Below the pieces are notes generated by a model. The model was not told the DNA's origin. It worked only from the letters and a program-made list of their open reading frames with translations, and searched no databases. Position numbers and translations under genes: made by a program. Of a stretch of DNA of 52,968 nt, positions 1-8,548 are shown piece after piece (the stretch's first letter is position 1; every line of letters begins with the position of its first letter). The stretch is from an uncultured Oscillospiraceae bacterium (lineage in GTDB: Bacteria; Bacillota; Clostridia; Oscillospirales; Ruminococcaceae). The DNA is taken from the NCBI GenBank assembly GCA_964371365.1, contig CAYJMO010000004.1:1-52968 (forward strand), given 5' to 3'.

Positions 1-125
1 GAAAAGTCGGCGGAGGTCATCACATCAACCTCTTTACCTTTGGCTTTTACACCATCGGCTATAAAGTTTGCCATTGCCTCGGTGTTTCCTGTACCGCTCC
101 AATAAACTACTGCTACTTTGCTCAT
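1..125 (-). CDS. Flavodoxin (short-chain), N-terminal part only; the rest lies beyond the window start
   Basis: Reverse complement of 1-125 reads MSKVAVVYWSGTGNTEAMANFIADGVKAKGKEVDVMTSADF. This contains the canonical flavodoxin FMN-phosphate loop WSGTGNT. AAGGAGA lies upstream of the ATG. The ORF is absent from the track because it runs off the window. Confidence 0.8.
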   Translation of the reverse strand, partial: MSKVAVVYWSGTGNTEAMANFIADGVKAKGKEVDVMTSADF

Positions 126-213
126 GATACCATTCTCCTTATTAACTGTTAATTATTGAACTGTATATTTAATAGAGGGCAATCTCTACAGATACCCTCC
201 CCCTTAAGGGACT

Positions 214-795
214 TTATAAATTTGACGCAGATGTCATCGTCCGTCTTTTTACCGTAAGCAATATAATGTCTCGACCCTCTTTCCACAATTTTTTATATGC
301 GGCCTTGCATTTATCGTATTTTGCAAATCGGAGTAGCGCCTCGTTTTCGTTCCCGTACACCTTCCAGTACCTGCATAAAAGGCAGTTTTTCCCTTTGTTA
401 CAGATAAACCCCTCGACATCTTCGGGCGGATAGCCTAAAAACAAGCCGATCTCATGGGGGAACTCCTCGTATGTGGACAGCCTTTGCGATAGACGATTTA
501 TAGCTAAATCCACACCCAAACCCTCATATCCGTACTTTGAGAGAATTTCGCTCGCCCTCGGGTCGCTCAGGTCGCTCGTTAGCATATCATGTCTGTACAT
601 GTATACAAGTGCAGATTTTTTACCGATTTTTATTAACCTAAGCTTTACACCGGTCTTGGAAAATTTCGCATTCCAAAATAATATGTCGTAGTTCAAAGAA
701 TATTCGCTCTCGACCTTAACCGCAAATAAACTTGCTGTTTTTAGAGAGGACAACGTTAAAGAACAGTGTTCAATGAGCTCTCTTTCCGTTATCAT
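214..795 (-). CDS. DUF3793-like protein of unknown function
   Basis: 193-aa ORF. The motif HEIGLFLGYPPEDVEGFI...CRYWKVYGN matches my recollection of DUF3793. It is tightly packed between the DUF2325 gene and the flavodoxin gene. Confidence 0.6.
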   Translation of the reverse strand: MITERELIEHCSLTLSSLKTASLFAVKVESEYSLNYDILFWNAKFSKTGVKLRLIKIGKKSALVYMYRHDMLTSDLSDPRASEILSKYGYEGLGVDLAINRLSQRLSTYEEFPHEIGLFLGYPPEDVEGFICNKGKNCLLCRYWKVYGNENEALLRFAKYDKCKAAYKKLWKEGRDIILLTVKRRTMTSASNL

Positions 796-796
796 C

Positions 797-1072
797 TTAC
801 ATCGCCTCTAATATATTTTTCAGCGCGGAGAGAGAACTTGAATGACTGCGCTCCACCCTTGCTCTGCAACGTTTTGCCTCACAGTTTGCACACGCCACCA
901 ATTTATGTGATACCGTATTCGTAAAAAGTATTATCATATCGGGTGAGCCGAATTTACTCCTCACATCGCCTTTCATCTTGGTGAAAACTTTTGCCTTACA
1001 GCCATATTCCTTGCAGGTCTCAATGTATCGTCTTTCCATACATTCATTGCCGCCAACTATTACAACGCTCAT
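797..1072 (-). CDS. DUF2325-like small protein (Cys-rich)
   Basis: 91-aa ORF. VVIVGGNE...PDMIILFTNTVSHKLV resembles the DUF2325 pattern. AAGGAGA SD lies upstream. Its stop is 1 nt from the next start, which suggests translational coupling. Confidence 0.6.
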   Translation of the reverse strand: MSVVIVGGNECMERRYIETCKEYGCKAKVFTKMKGDVRSKFGSPDMIILFTNTVSHKLVACANCEAKRCRARVERSHSSSLSALKNILEAM

Positions 1073-1095
1073 AATATATCTCCTTACAATCGTAA

Positions 1096-1111
1096 GTTAG
1101 ATTGAACTAAC
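1096..1111. promoter_or_regulatory. Palindromic operator candidate GTTAGATTGAACTAAC
   Basis: GTTAG-N6-CTAAC inverted repeat between the DUF2325 operon SD and its promoter. It is a variant of the sites at 1155 and 1956. Confidence 0.5.
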
Positions 1112-1154
1112 TCGTGGTCACAACATGCCGAATTTTCGTATATCTATTTCATGA

Positions 1155-1170
1155 GTTAGCTAAAACTAAC
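1155..1170. promoter_or_regulatory. Palindromic operator candidate GTTAGCTAAAACTAAC
   Basis: Identical over 18 nt (GTTAGCTAAAACTAACTT) to the site at 1956-1973. It lies just downstream of the minus-strand promoter at 1186-1214. Confidence 0.55.
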
Positions 1171-1185
1171 TTATTCGCTAACCCT

Positions 1186-1214
1186 AATATAACCTAAATT
1201 GAGGGATTTGTCAA
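1186..1214 (-). promoter_or_regulatory. Sigma-A promoter of the DUF2325-DUF3793-flavodoxin operon
   Basis: The minus strand reads TTGACA (1214-1209), a 17-nt spacer, then TATATT (1191-1186). Confidence 0.55.
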
Positions 1215-1281
1215 TACTAAATTTATAAAACTAAAGACAAAAAATTTTATGGTTTTTTTTCTTGACAAATTATAATAGGTG

Positions 1282-1298
1282 TGATAACATTGTTATCA
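1282..1298. promoter_or_regulatory. Perfect palindrome TGATAACA-T-TGTTATCA at the tetR 5' end
   Basis: 8+8 bp inverted repeat, 15 nt downstream of a TTGACA (1262-1267). It is a different sequence class from the GTTAG sites. Confidence 0.5.
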
Positions 1299-1307
1299 AA
1301 AATATCG

Positions 1308-1931
1308 ATGTTATGCGAGGGTGTGAAATTGAGCTATTCATCAGAGCTTACACGGGAGCGAATAATAGTTAGTGCTAAGGAAGAATTTCTGAAAAAAGGG
1401 TTTGTCAACACAAGTTTGCGGGAGATTGCATCGGGTGCGAAAGCCACAACCGGCGCCGTCTACAACCACTTTAATGGCAAGGACGACCTGTTTGAAGCGA
1501 TAGTCGGTGAATTTGCTGAAAAGCTCCTAATGTTGTACAAAAAAGCACACGAGGAGGTGGAGGGTCAATATGATTTTGACAACACCGAGATCACCGGGAG
1601 CGTGGGAAAAGGCACCAACGAGATTTTAGACTATCTCTATTCCGATTTTGAGCGCTCAAAACTGTTGTTCTGCCGTTGTGCAGGGACAAAGTACGAGAAT
1701 TTTGTGGATGAACTTATCGAGATAGAGGAGAATTCTTCTTTTGTATTCATGGAAAACAGCAACTTTAAATTAACGCAGATAAACAAATTTTTCGTGCATG
1801 TAATCTCATCTTCCGGTCTCAATAACATGTTAGAGGTTATCCACCACGATCTGAGCAAGGAGCAAGCGTTTGAATATATAGGTAAAATTCAAAAATTCTA
1901 TTATGCCGGTACGAAAGAAATATTGGGGTAA
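1308..1931 (+). CDS. TetR/AcrR family transcriptional regulator
   Basis: N-terminal HTH ERIIVSAKEEFLKKGFVNTSLREIASGAKATTGAVYNHFNGKDDLF. The start is uncertain: the track ORF opens at GTG 1281, but 1282-1298 is a perfect palindrome (a likely operator). ATG 1308 or TTG 1329 (after GAGGG) are therefore more plausible. Confidence 0.8.
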   Translation: MLCEGVKLSYSSELTRERIIVSAKEEFLKKGFVNTSLREIASGAKATTGAVYNHFNGKDDLFEAIVGEFAEKLLMLYKKAHEEVEGQYDFDNTEITGSVGKGTNEILDYLYSDFERSKLLFCRCAGTKYENFVDELIEIEENSSFVFMENSNFKLTQINKFFVHVISSSGLNNMLEVIHHDLSKEQAFEYIGKIQKFYYAGTKEILG

Positions 1932-1955
1932 AGCCCGATATTTTTTACGGATATG

Positions 1956-1971
1956 GTTAGCTAAAACTAAC
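1956..1971. promoter_or_regulatory. Palindromic operator candidate GTTAGCTAAAACTAAC
   Basis: Located between the tetR stop (1931) and the ABC exporter start (2017). It is an exact copy of the 1155-1170 site. Confidence 0.55.
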
Positions 1972-2016
1972 TTGAATATATTGTCATTCAACCAAAAACG
2001 CCACAAGGAGAAATTT

Positions 2017-3798
2017 ATGGAAAAGCAAAAACAAAAATCGCTGTTAAAAAGGTTGTATTCCTTTGCGGGGGGACACAAACACCTCACCAATTTGGGTATG
2101 ATCCTGTCGGGTATAAGTGCTGTTATGACCTTATTGCCGATAATTTTCATCTATCGAGGGGTTAGCGAGATCATATCAATATACCCAAACATCACGCTCA
2201 CCGATAGCATAAAGGCAAACGCCTGGCTTGCGGTCGGTAGTGCTATCGGCGCAATGGTTGTGTACTTAATAGCCCTGATGCTCACCCATATAGCGGCATA
2301 TCGAATTGCGAAAAACATGAGAAAAGCCTCACTCAATCACATTATGAGTCTGCCTCTGGGTTTTTTTAGTAACACGGGAAGTGGCAAACTTCGCAGAATC
2401 ATCAACGATAGCGCAGCCGCAACCGAGACATACCTCGCCCATCAACTGCCGGACATGGTGGGTGCCTACACGACGCCTATTGCCGTGCTTGCGGTTCTGT
2501 TTGTCTTTGATTGGCGGCTCGGGCTCATCAGCCTTGCGCCGGTTGTCTTAGCGGCTATATCCATGATGAGCGGCATGGGCAAGGATCAACCGGAAAGGAT
2601 AAAGCAGTACCAATCAGCACTTGAAAACATGAACAACGAGGCGACAGAATATGTGCGCGGTGTTCCGGTGGTAAAAACCTTTAATCAATCAGTATTTTCG
2701 TTCGAGCGCTTTTACAATGTGATCAACAGGTATAAAAAATATGTTTCACAGTATTCCTATCGCATGAGAATGCCTATGACCATGTTCCAGGTATTTCTTG
2801 CCAGCACTCCGATATTTTTGGTGCTTTCTTCGATCTTCATCATAGGCGGTCAAAGCGACATGACCACCTTTTTCCTTAGCTTTTTCTTTTATCTTATCTT
2901 TACACCGATAGCATCACTCATGATGATGAAGATTATGTGGGTTATGCAACACTCCATGCTCGCTAAGGACGCTTTAGACAGGGTTGAGAATCTGCTAAAT
3001 GAAAAACCCTTACCTAAACCCACCGCTCCAAAATCCCCGAAAAACTCCGATATTTATATGGAGAACATCTCTTTTACATATCCAAACACCGATAAAAAGG
3101 CGATCGATAACATAAACATATCCATCAAGCAGGGACAAACCGTCGCCTTTGTCGGCCCGTCGGGCGGCGGAAAGACAACCCTTGCAACTCTCATTCCTCG
3201 CTTTTGGGATGTCGACAGCGGAACTGTTTCAATCGGCGGTGTAGATGTGCGCAACATCGATAATGCAGAGCTTATGAAAAAAATCTCTTTTGTCTTTCAA
3301 AGTACAAATTTATATAAGGCAAGCATCTTGGACAACCTGCGTGAGGGTAATCCGGAGGCATCAATCGAGGAGGTAAACAAGGCACTTAAGGTCGCAAGGT
3401 GCGAGGATATTATCGCAAAACTGCCGAATGGGTTAGATACTATTTATGGAACCAAAGGCGTTTATCTCTCGGGAGGTGAGGCTCAACGCATTGCGCTTGC
3501 ACGGGCTATATTGCGCGATGCACCCATTATCCTTCTCGATGAGGCAACGGCATTTGCCGACCCTGAAAACGAACATCAAATACAGCTCGCCTTCAACGAG
3601 ATGACCAAAGGTAAAACCGTCCTTATGATTGCACATCGGCTTTCTACAATTAAAAATGCCGACCTGATATATGTAATTGCCGACGGTAGGGTCGTACAGC
3701 AGGGAACACACAGCGAGCTTGTGGCGAAGGATGGTCTGTATAGCGACATGTGGGTGGAATACAACAATGCATTTATTTGGAATGAGGTGAGCGCATAA
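2017..3798 (+). CDS. ABC transporter, fused permease/ATP-binding subunit (exporter half 1)
   Basis: AAGGAG SD at 2005-2010 and ATG at 2017 (MEKQKQKSLLKRLYSF). N-terminal TM domain. Walker A GPSGGGKTT, signature LSGGEAQRIALARA, Walker B ILLDEATAFAD. Confidence 0.9.
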   Translation: MEKQKQKSLLKRLYSFAGGHKHLTNLGMILSGISAVMTLLPIIFIYRGVSEIISIYPNITLTDSIKANAWLAVGSAIGAMVVYLIALMLTHIAAYRIAKNMRKASLNHIMSLPLGFFSNTGSGKLRRIINDSAAATETYLAHQLPDMVGAYTTPIAVLAVLFVFDWRLGLISLAPVVLAAISMMSGMGKDQPERIKQYQSALENMNNEATEYVRGVPVVKTFNQSVFSFERFYNVINRYKKYVSQYSYRMRMPMTMFQVFLASTPIFLVLSSIFIIGGQSDMTTFFLSFFFYLIFTPIASLMMMKIMWVMQHSMLAKDALDRVENLLNEKPLPKPTAPKSPKNSDIYMENISFTYPNTDKKAIDNINISIKQGQTVAFVGPSGGGKTTLATLIPRFWDVDSGTVSIGGVDVRNIDNAELMKKISFVFQSTNLYKASILDNLREGNPEASIEEVNKALKVARCEDIIAKLPNGLDTIYGTKGVYLSGGEAQRIALARAILRDAPIILLDEATAFADPENEHQIQLAFNEMTKGKTVLMIAHRLSTIKNADLIYVIADGRVVQQGTHSELVAKDGLYSDMWVEYNNAFIWNEVSA

Positions 3799-5543
3799 TG
3801 AAAAAATTCTTACAAAAAACTTTTGCCTTGACCGAACTCGGGGCAAGTGAGCTGCTAAAGGCGAGCATAATAACCGTACTTATCAATATTGCTATAATGG
3901 CTGTCAGCGGTATCTCCTACTATTTTATTCAGGATACACTTATGCCTATTTTGGAGGGTGTCTCACCTGTTTATACCGTTATAATGTATATCGGCTATGC
4001 ACTTTTTATGCTGATTTTGCTCGCTGTTCTTTACTATTTTCAGTATAATTTTTGCTATATTTCGGCATATAACGAGAGCGCGAATATGAGAATATCGCTT
4101 GCGGAAACACTGCGAAAACTCCCACTCTCTTTCTTTGGTAAAAAGGATTTATCCGACCTCACTACCACCTTGATGGGTGATGTTACCATGATGGAAAATG
4201 CCTTTTCGCACTTTATCCCGGGGTTTATCGGCTCGATTATATCGACAATCATCATGGGAATAGGAATGTTTGCTTTCGATTGGAGATTGGCTGTCGCCCT
4301 CACCTGGGTAATTCCGATATCGTTTTTGTTGTGTATCGCCAGCAAAAAACTACAGGATTATTTCCTGTTGAAAACAAAGGCTATTCAGCTCACCTATCTC
4401 GACAAAATTCAAGAGTGCCTTGAAAATGTAAAGGACATCAAGGCAAACAACCGCGAGGATGCACATCTGAGCATTATGGACACCCATTTTGATAACCATG
4501 AAAATGCAAACATCAAGGCCGAATTTATAACGGGCACCTTCGTGAATCTATCGCAGATGATACTAAAGGTAGGTATTGCAACCACTATGATAGTCGGTGT
4601 TACACTGCTTGCAACGGGTGAAGTCACACTTTTAACCTTCCTTGTGTTTTTGATGATAGCCTCCCGAATATATGACCCACTTGCAGGGGCACTTATAAAC
4701 CTTGCGGGCATTTTTATCTCGCTGAAAAGCGTTGAGCGTATGAAAGAGTTTGAAAACACCGCTGTTCAAACAGGCAAAGAGACCATGTCGCCAACCGATT
4801 ATGATATTAATTTTGACAACGTGAAGTTCAGCTACGACACAAGCGAAACTGTGTTGAACGGCGTGACATTTAAAGCAAAACAGGGCGAAGTCACGGCGCT
4901 TGTAGGCCCGTCGGGCGGTGGCAAAAGTACCGCGATGAAACTCGCCGCAAGATTTTGGGACATCAAAGACGGCACAATCACGATAGGAAAAGAGGATGTG
5001 AATTCGGTAGACCCTGAAGTCCTGTTAAAGGAAATATCCATCGTGTTCCAAGATGTAACACTGTTCAACAGCTCGGTCATGGAGAATATTCGTATAGGTA
5101 GGAAAGGTGCTACCGATGATGAGGTGATAAATGCCTCGAAAAATGCAATGTGCCACGAATTTATTATGAACATGCCCGACGGCTACAACACCCTTATCGG
5201 GGAGAACGGCTCTAAACTGTCCGGCGGCGAGAGGCAAAGACTTTCCATCGCAAGGGCACTGCAAAAAGATGCACCTGTTGTACTGCTTGACGAGGCAACC
5301 TCTTCACTTGACATACAAAATGAAAGTGCCGTTCAAAAGGCAATCTCAAGGCTTACAAAGGACAAGACGGTCATCGTCATCGCGCACAGAATGAGAACAA
5401 TCGCCGGAGCGAACAAAATCATACTGCTCAAGGAGGGCAAGGTTGCGGCAGAGGGTACACACAGTGAACTGCTAAAAAAATCGTCGGACTACGAGGAAAT
5501 GATAAGACTTCAAACCAAGAGCATGAACTGGGTGTTGACATAA
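3798..5543 (+). CDS. ABC transporter, fused permease/ATP-binding subunit (exporter half 2)
   Basis: The start overlaps the upstream stop (TAATG). Walker A GPSGGGKST, signature LSGGERQRLSIARA, Walker B VLLDEATSSLD. This is the typical heterodimeric exporter pair. Confidence 0.9.
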   Translation: MKKFLQKTFALTELGASELLKASIITVLINIAIMAVSGISYYFIQDTLMPILEGVSPVYTVIMYIGYALFMLILLAVLYYFQYNFCYISAYNESANMRISLAETLRKLPLSFFGKKDLSDLTTTLMGDVTMMENAFSHFIPGFIGSIISTIIMGIGMFAFDWRLAVALTWVIPISFLLCIASKKLQDYFLLKTKAIQLTYLDKIQECLENVKDIKANNREDAHLSIMDTHFDNHENANIKAEFITGTFVNLSQMILKVGIATTMIVGVTLLATGEVTLLTFLVFLMIASRIYDPLAGALINLAGIFISLKSVERMKEFENTAVQTGKETMSPTDYDINFDNVKFSYDTSETVLNGVTFKAKQGEVTALVGPSGGGKSTAMKLAARFWDIKDGTITIGKEDVNSVDPEVLLKEISIVFQDVTLFNSSVMENIRIGRKGATDDEVINASKNAMCHEFIMNMPDGYNTLIGENGSKLSGGERQRLSIARALQKDAPVVLLDEATSSLDIQNESAVQKAISRLTKDKTVIVIAHRMRTIAGANKIILLKEGKVAAEGTHSELLKKSSDYEEMIRLQTKSMNWVLT

Positions 5544-5608
5544 CAACAAACTAACGATATAATTTTAAGGTATTGTAATCTGACCACCTCTGAAAACAAG
5601 GGGAATAA

Positions 5609-6898
5609 ATGAGTTTTTACATCGACCTTGAAAGACTTAAAGAGACCCTGCACAGCTTTTGTGTGCCGGCTCATAAAGGTCGTGCCATGCCCCGAGGTTT
5701 GCACTCGCTCGACCTCACCGAACAGCCACAATCAGACAACGCCGCCGACCCAAAAGGTGCCCTGCGCGAGAGTGAACGTCTTTGCAGTAAACTCTTTGAA
5801 AGTGGCGACACTCTCTACTGCACCTTTGGTTGTTCCACCGCCATCAAGGCGGCTTTGGGCTATGCTGTGGGCTTTGAGGGGGAGATGCTCGCCGCACTGC
5901 CGGCGCACCGTGCCCTTGCGGACGCCGCCGCAATATTCAGCCTTAAACTGCACTTCATCGAGAGTGTCAACAATCGGATTGACCCTCAACAACTTCGCGA
6001 TACACTCGAGCGCCTCGATGTGGACTCGGTGTTCTTTACCTACTGCGACTATGACGGCAATATCCTCAACCTGAGCGAGCTTGTTTCTGTCTGCCGTGAA
6101 AATAATGTTAAGATCATTATAGACAACGCTCACGGCGGTTACATACGTTTTTTGCCAAGGAGCTACGGTTTTTATCATCCTCTACTGCTCGGGGCGGACA
6201 TTGTAATAGACTCCGGCTCAAACACACTCGGCATGTTGACCCCTGCCGCACTGTTGCACCTTAAAGACAGCAACGCAACCGCCGAGGTGCGCCGCTTTGT
6301 CAACCTTTTATCCTCCACCAGTCCCCCCTACCCTGTCATGTACTCGATGGATAGGACTATTCACACACTCCAATCGGGCGAGCAGGACTTTGCCGCCGCC
6401 GCCGAGCGCACCATGCAGATTAAATCGCGCTACCGTCCCTATCTTATAGACAATGACGAACCGCTTAAAATAGCTTTTTCGCCGATAGGACTAACCCTTG
6501 ACCCCGACCGAATTGCCTACATTTTGCGATACTATAGTATCCTGCCGGAACTGTGTAACATATCACGGGTGCTGTTCATGACCTCACCCTTTAACAACGA
6601 GCGGGACTATTGCGCACTTCAAAACGCTCTCGACGTCATTTTTGAGGAGGCAAAACCCAACGGGCTCACCCTGCCGAGACTGCCACTGCCCGACATCACG
6701 GCTCGACCCTCGGAGGTGTTCCGACATATTGAACACACCCTGCCCATAGAGGAGGCACTCGGTAAAACCTCAGCCGATACGGTTGCGCCCTGCCCACCCG
6801 GAACGATTGTACTTTTTGCAGGGCAGAGGATAGAACAGCCTCATATCGACACACTTATGCTCGCCGGAATAGAGCAGGTCGGCGTGATAGAAGGCTGA
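5609..6898 (+). CDS. Orn/Lys/Arg decarboxylase-fold (PLP fold type I) protein lacking the catalytic lysine
   Basis: Motifs FCVPAHKG, IIIDNAHGG and C-terminal PCPPGTIVLFAGQRI match the YaaO/SpeA-type family. The expected S-x-H-K motif reads DSGSNTL (6209-6229). Confidence 0.6.
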   Translation: MSFYIDLERLKETLHSFCVPAHKGRAMPRGLHSLDLTEQPQSDNAADPKGALRESERLCSKLFESGDTLYCTFGCSTAIKAALGYAVGFEGEMLAALPAHRALADAAAIFSLKLHFIESVNNRIDPQQLRDTLERLDVDSVFFTYCDYDGNILNLSELVSVCRENNVKIIIDNAHGGYIRFLPRSYGFYHPLLLGADIVIDSGSNTLGMLTPAALLHLKDSNATAEVRRFVNLLSSTSPPYPVMYSMDRTIHTLQSGEQDFAAAAERTMQIKSRYRPYLIDNDEPLKIAFSPIGLTLDPDRIAYILRYYSILPELCNISRVLFMTSPFNNERDYCALQNALDVIFEEAKPNGLTLPRLPLPDITARPSEVFRHIEHTLPIEEALGKTSADTVAPCPPGTIVLFAGQRIEQPHIDTLMLAGIEQVGVIEG

Positions 6899-8375
6899 TA
6901 GTCTGCGCCACCCCAATCGAGGCGAGCATTATATACAGAGGGAATTGATTGACCAGCTGTCGATGGTTGCTCTCCCATAGAAACATGAAGAGGAAAAAAC
7001 CGAGAAGTGACAGATAAATCGCGTCCCCACGTCTATCACGTTTTTTGAGTAAAATGACGGCGCCGACAACCCCGGCAACACACATAAATATATATACTCC
7101 CTGATTGAGGTGGGAAAATGCGACATAAAAACGACCTTGCGGCATTATGAGTTGATAGATAAAGTTGTCCGGATCGAGCGAACCACGTGATAACATATAG
7201 GCTATATCGCCGTTTGCCGAACCGAATGTACGATTGAGCTTTCTCGCATAAAATTCTATATGCTGTGCAAAATTTCTGCTTGTCAACCGCTCTTTAATTA
7301 GGTCGGCGGCAAGCTCCTTTTTTTCCTCCTGAGTGCCGAGCGACATCATGGCATCGTCATCGTGTTGATTATAAACCCCGTTGTAGCTCCCCACCCCCAT
7401 CGCTATCCAAAAGGTGGTCGGCATACGGTGACGCTCTAAAAGCTCGTCCGAGTGAACGGTATTGTATTCTATGACATTCAGCACACCGCCAAGCGAGAAG
7501 AATATCACGGCTGAAATCGCAAAAAGTAAAAAAGTTCTTTTAAATTCGCCCCTCAATATCCCCACAATAACCGACGCAATAAAGACAAAAAGCACCGTGC
7601 TTTTCATCTGTGTCCCGACAAAGAGCGCCACCGCCGTCAGGAGCGAGAAAAGAACTAAATCGCGGCGCGAAGTGCTTGATTTTGCCCTCTCGTAAAGATA
7701 GAGTACCATCGGCACAAACGGGAGGGAGTAGGTGTCGGTATAAAAAACCGAGCCTTGAAGATAGACAATGGGAAAGATTAGCCAGAAGAAAAGGCTGATA
7801 TAGGCGGCGACAATGCCGAATACGCGTCGCAGATATAAAAAGGTAAAAAGTATCGCCACCGAAAAAGCGAGCTGTGCCACGACAATAGCCGAGGCGTAGT
7901 AGGCGGCATACCCCCCAAACCCCAAAAAATCCACAAGACTCATCAAAGCGACAAAAAACAAAAATATCGGCGCATTGTTCGGCCAAACATTAAGATATCG
8001 GATATATTGATAGTAGTCCTCCTGTGTTTGGTCGTGCAAAAAATAATCCGCACCATTAAACACCTTGCCTATATCATGGTCGAGCGTCTGAAAGGTGGAA
8101 AAGCTGACATAGCTCTGTACAAAAAGAATGACCAATATGGTCAAAATGAGAATTGGGTATTGAAAACGGCTCAGGTGGTTGTATGACAGATATTTCTTTG
8201 CAAAAAAAGCGAGCACTATGACAAGGCAGAACACCGCAAAGGTGACAAATAGCGTCAAGACCACACTGTACCGATGCTCGGTGCTAAAAAACACCGTCCC
8301 GACACAGAGGAGCCCGAAAATAATTATAAACGCCCATTTTATCGAGGAGTTTGCCCCCTCACAAATCTTTTTCAT
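6855..8375 (-). CDS. Polytopic membrane protein, putative GT-C-type glycosyltransferase (ArnT/PMT-like)
   Basis: 506 aa with more than 10 hydrophobic segments and a soluble C-terminal third. It sits near a polysaccharide module. The family assignment comes from architecture only. Confidence 0.45.
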   Translation of the reverse strand: MKKICEGANSSIKWAFIIIFGLLCVGTVFFSTEHRYSVVLTLFVTFAVFCLVIVLAFFAKKYLSYNHLSRFQYPILILTILVILFVQSYVSFSTFQTLDHDIGKVFNGADYFLHDQTQEDYYQYIRYLNVWPNNAPIFLFFVALMSLVDFLGFGGYAAYYASAIVVAQLAFSVAILFTFLYLRRVFGIVAAYISLFFWLIFPIVYLQGSVFYTDTYSLPFVPMVLYLYERAKSSTSRRDLVLFSLLTAVALFVGTQMKSTVLFVFIASVIVGILRGEFKRTFLLFAISAVIFFSLGGVLNVIEYNTVHSDELLERHRMPTTFWIAMGVGSYNGVYNQHDDDAMMSLGTQEEKKELAADLIKERLTSRNFAQHIEFYARKLNRTFGSANGDIAYMLSRGSLDPDNFIYQLIMPQGRFYVAFSHLNQGVYIFMCVAGVVGAVILLKKRDRRGDAIYLSLLGFFLFMFLWESNHRQLVNQFPLYIMLASIGVAQTISLLSRRPALFRRA

Positions 8376-8471
8376 AAATCATTATATCCCATTTTTATAT
8401 TATACCAGAATTTAAAGGGAATTACAAGGACGGATACATAACTTGAAAGCTATGATAGTCAGCACTTTATT

Positions 8472-8505
8472 CCAAAAAAGGTGCGCCCCGAATGACGAGG
8501 CGCAG
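8472..8505 (-). terminator. Intrinsic terminator candidate after the DEAD-box helicase gene
   Basis: The minus strand reads CTGCGCC-(11 nt)-GGCGCAC followed by CTTTTTTGG. Confidence 0.5.
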
Positions 8506-8548
8506 ACAGGGAGTGAAGTAGGGGCGGTGTCATCCCCTGCTTAAAAAC

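Noticed and set aside
1903-2016. N-terminal extensions suggested by the ORF track: 1903, 10492, 11069, 11892, 19465, 21824, 23474, 35057, 36384, 42149 and 44764.
   Set aside because: The extensions overlap upstream genes, promoters or terminators and lack SDs. Internal starts with AAAGGA/GGAGG at proper spacing give N-termini typical of the families.
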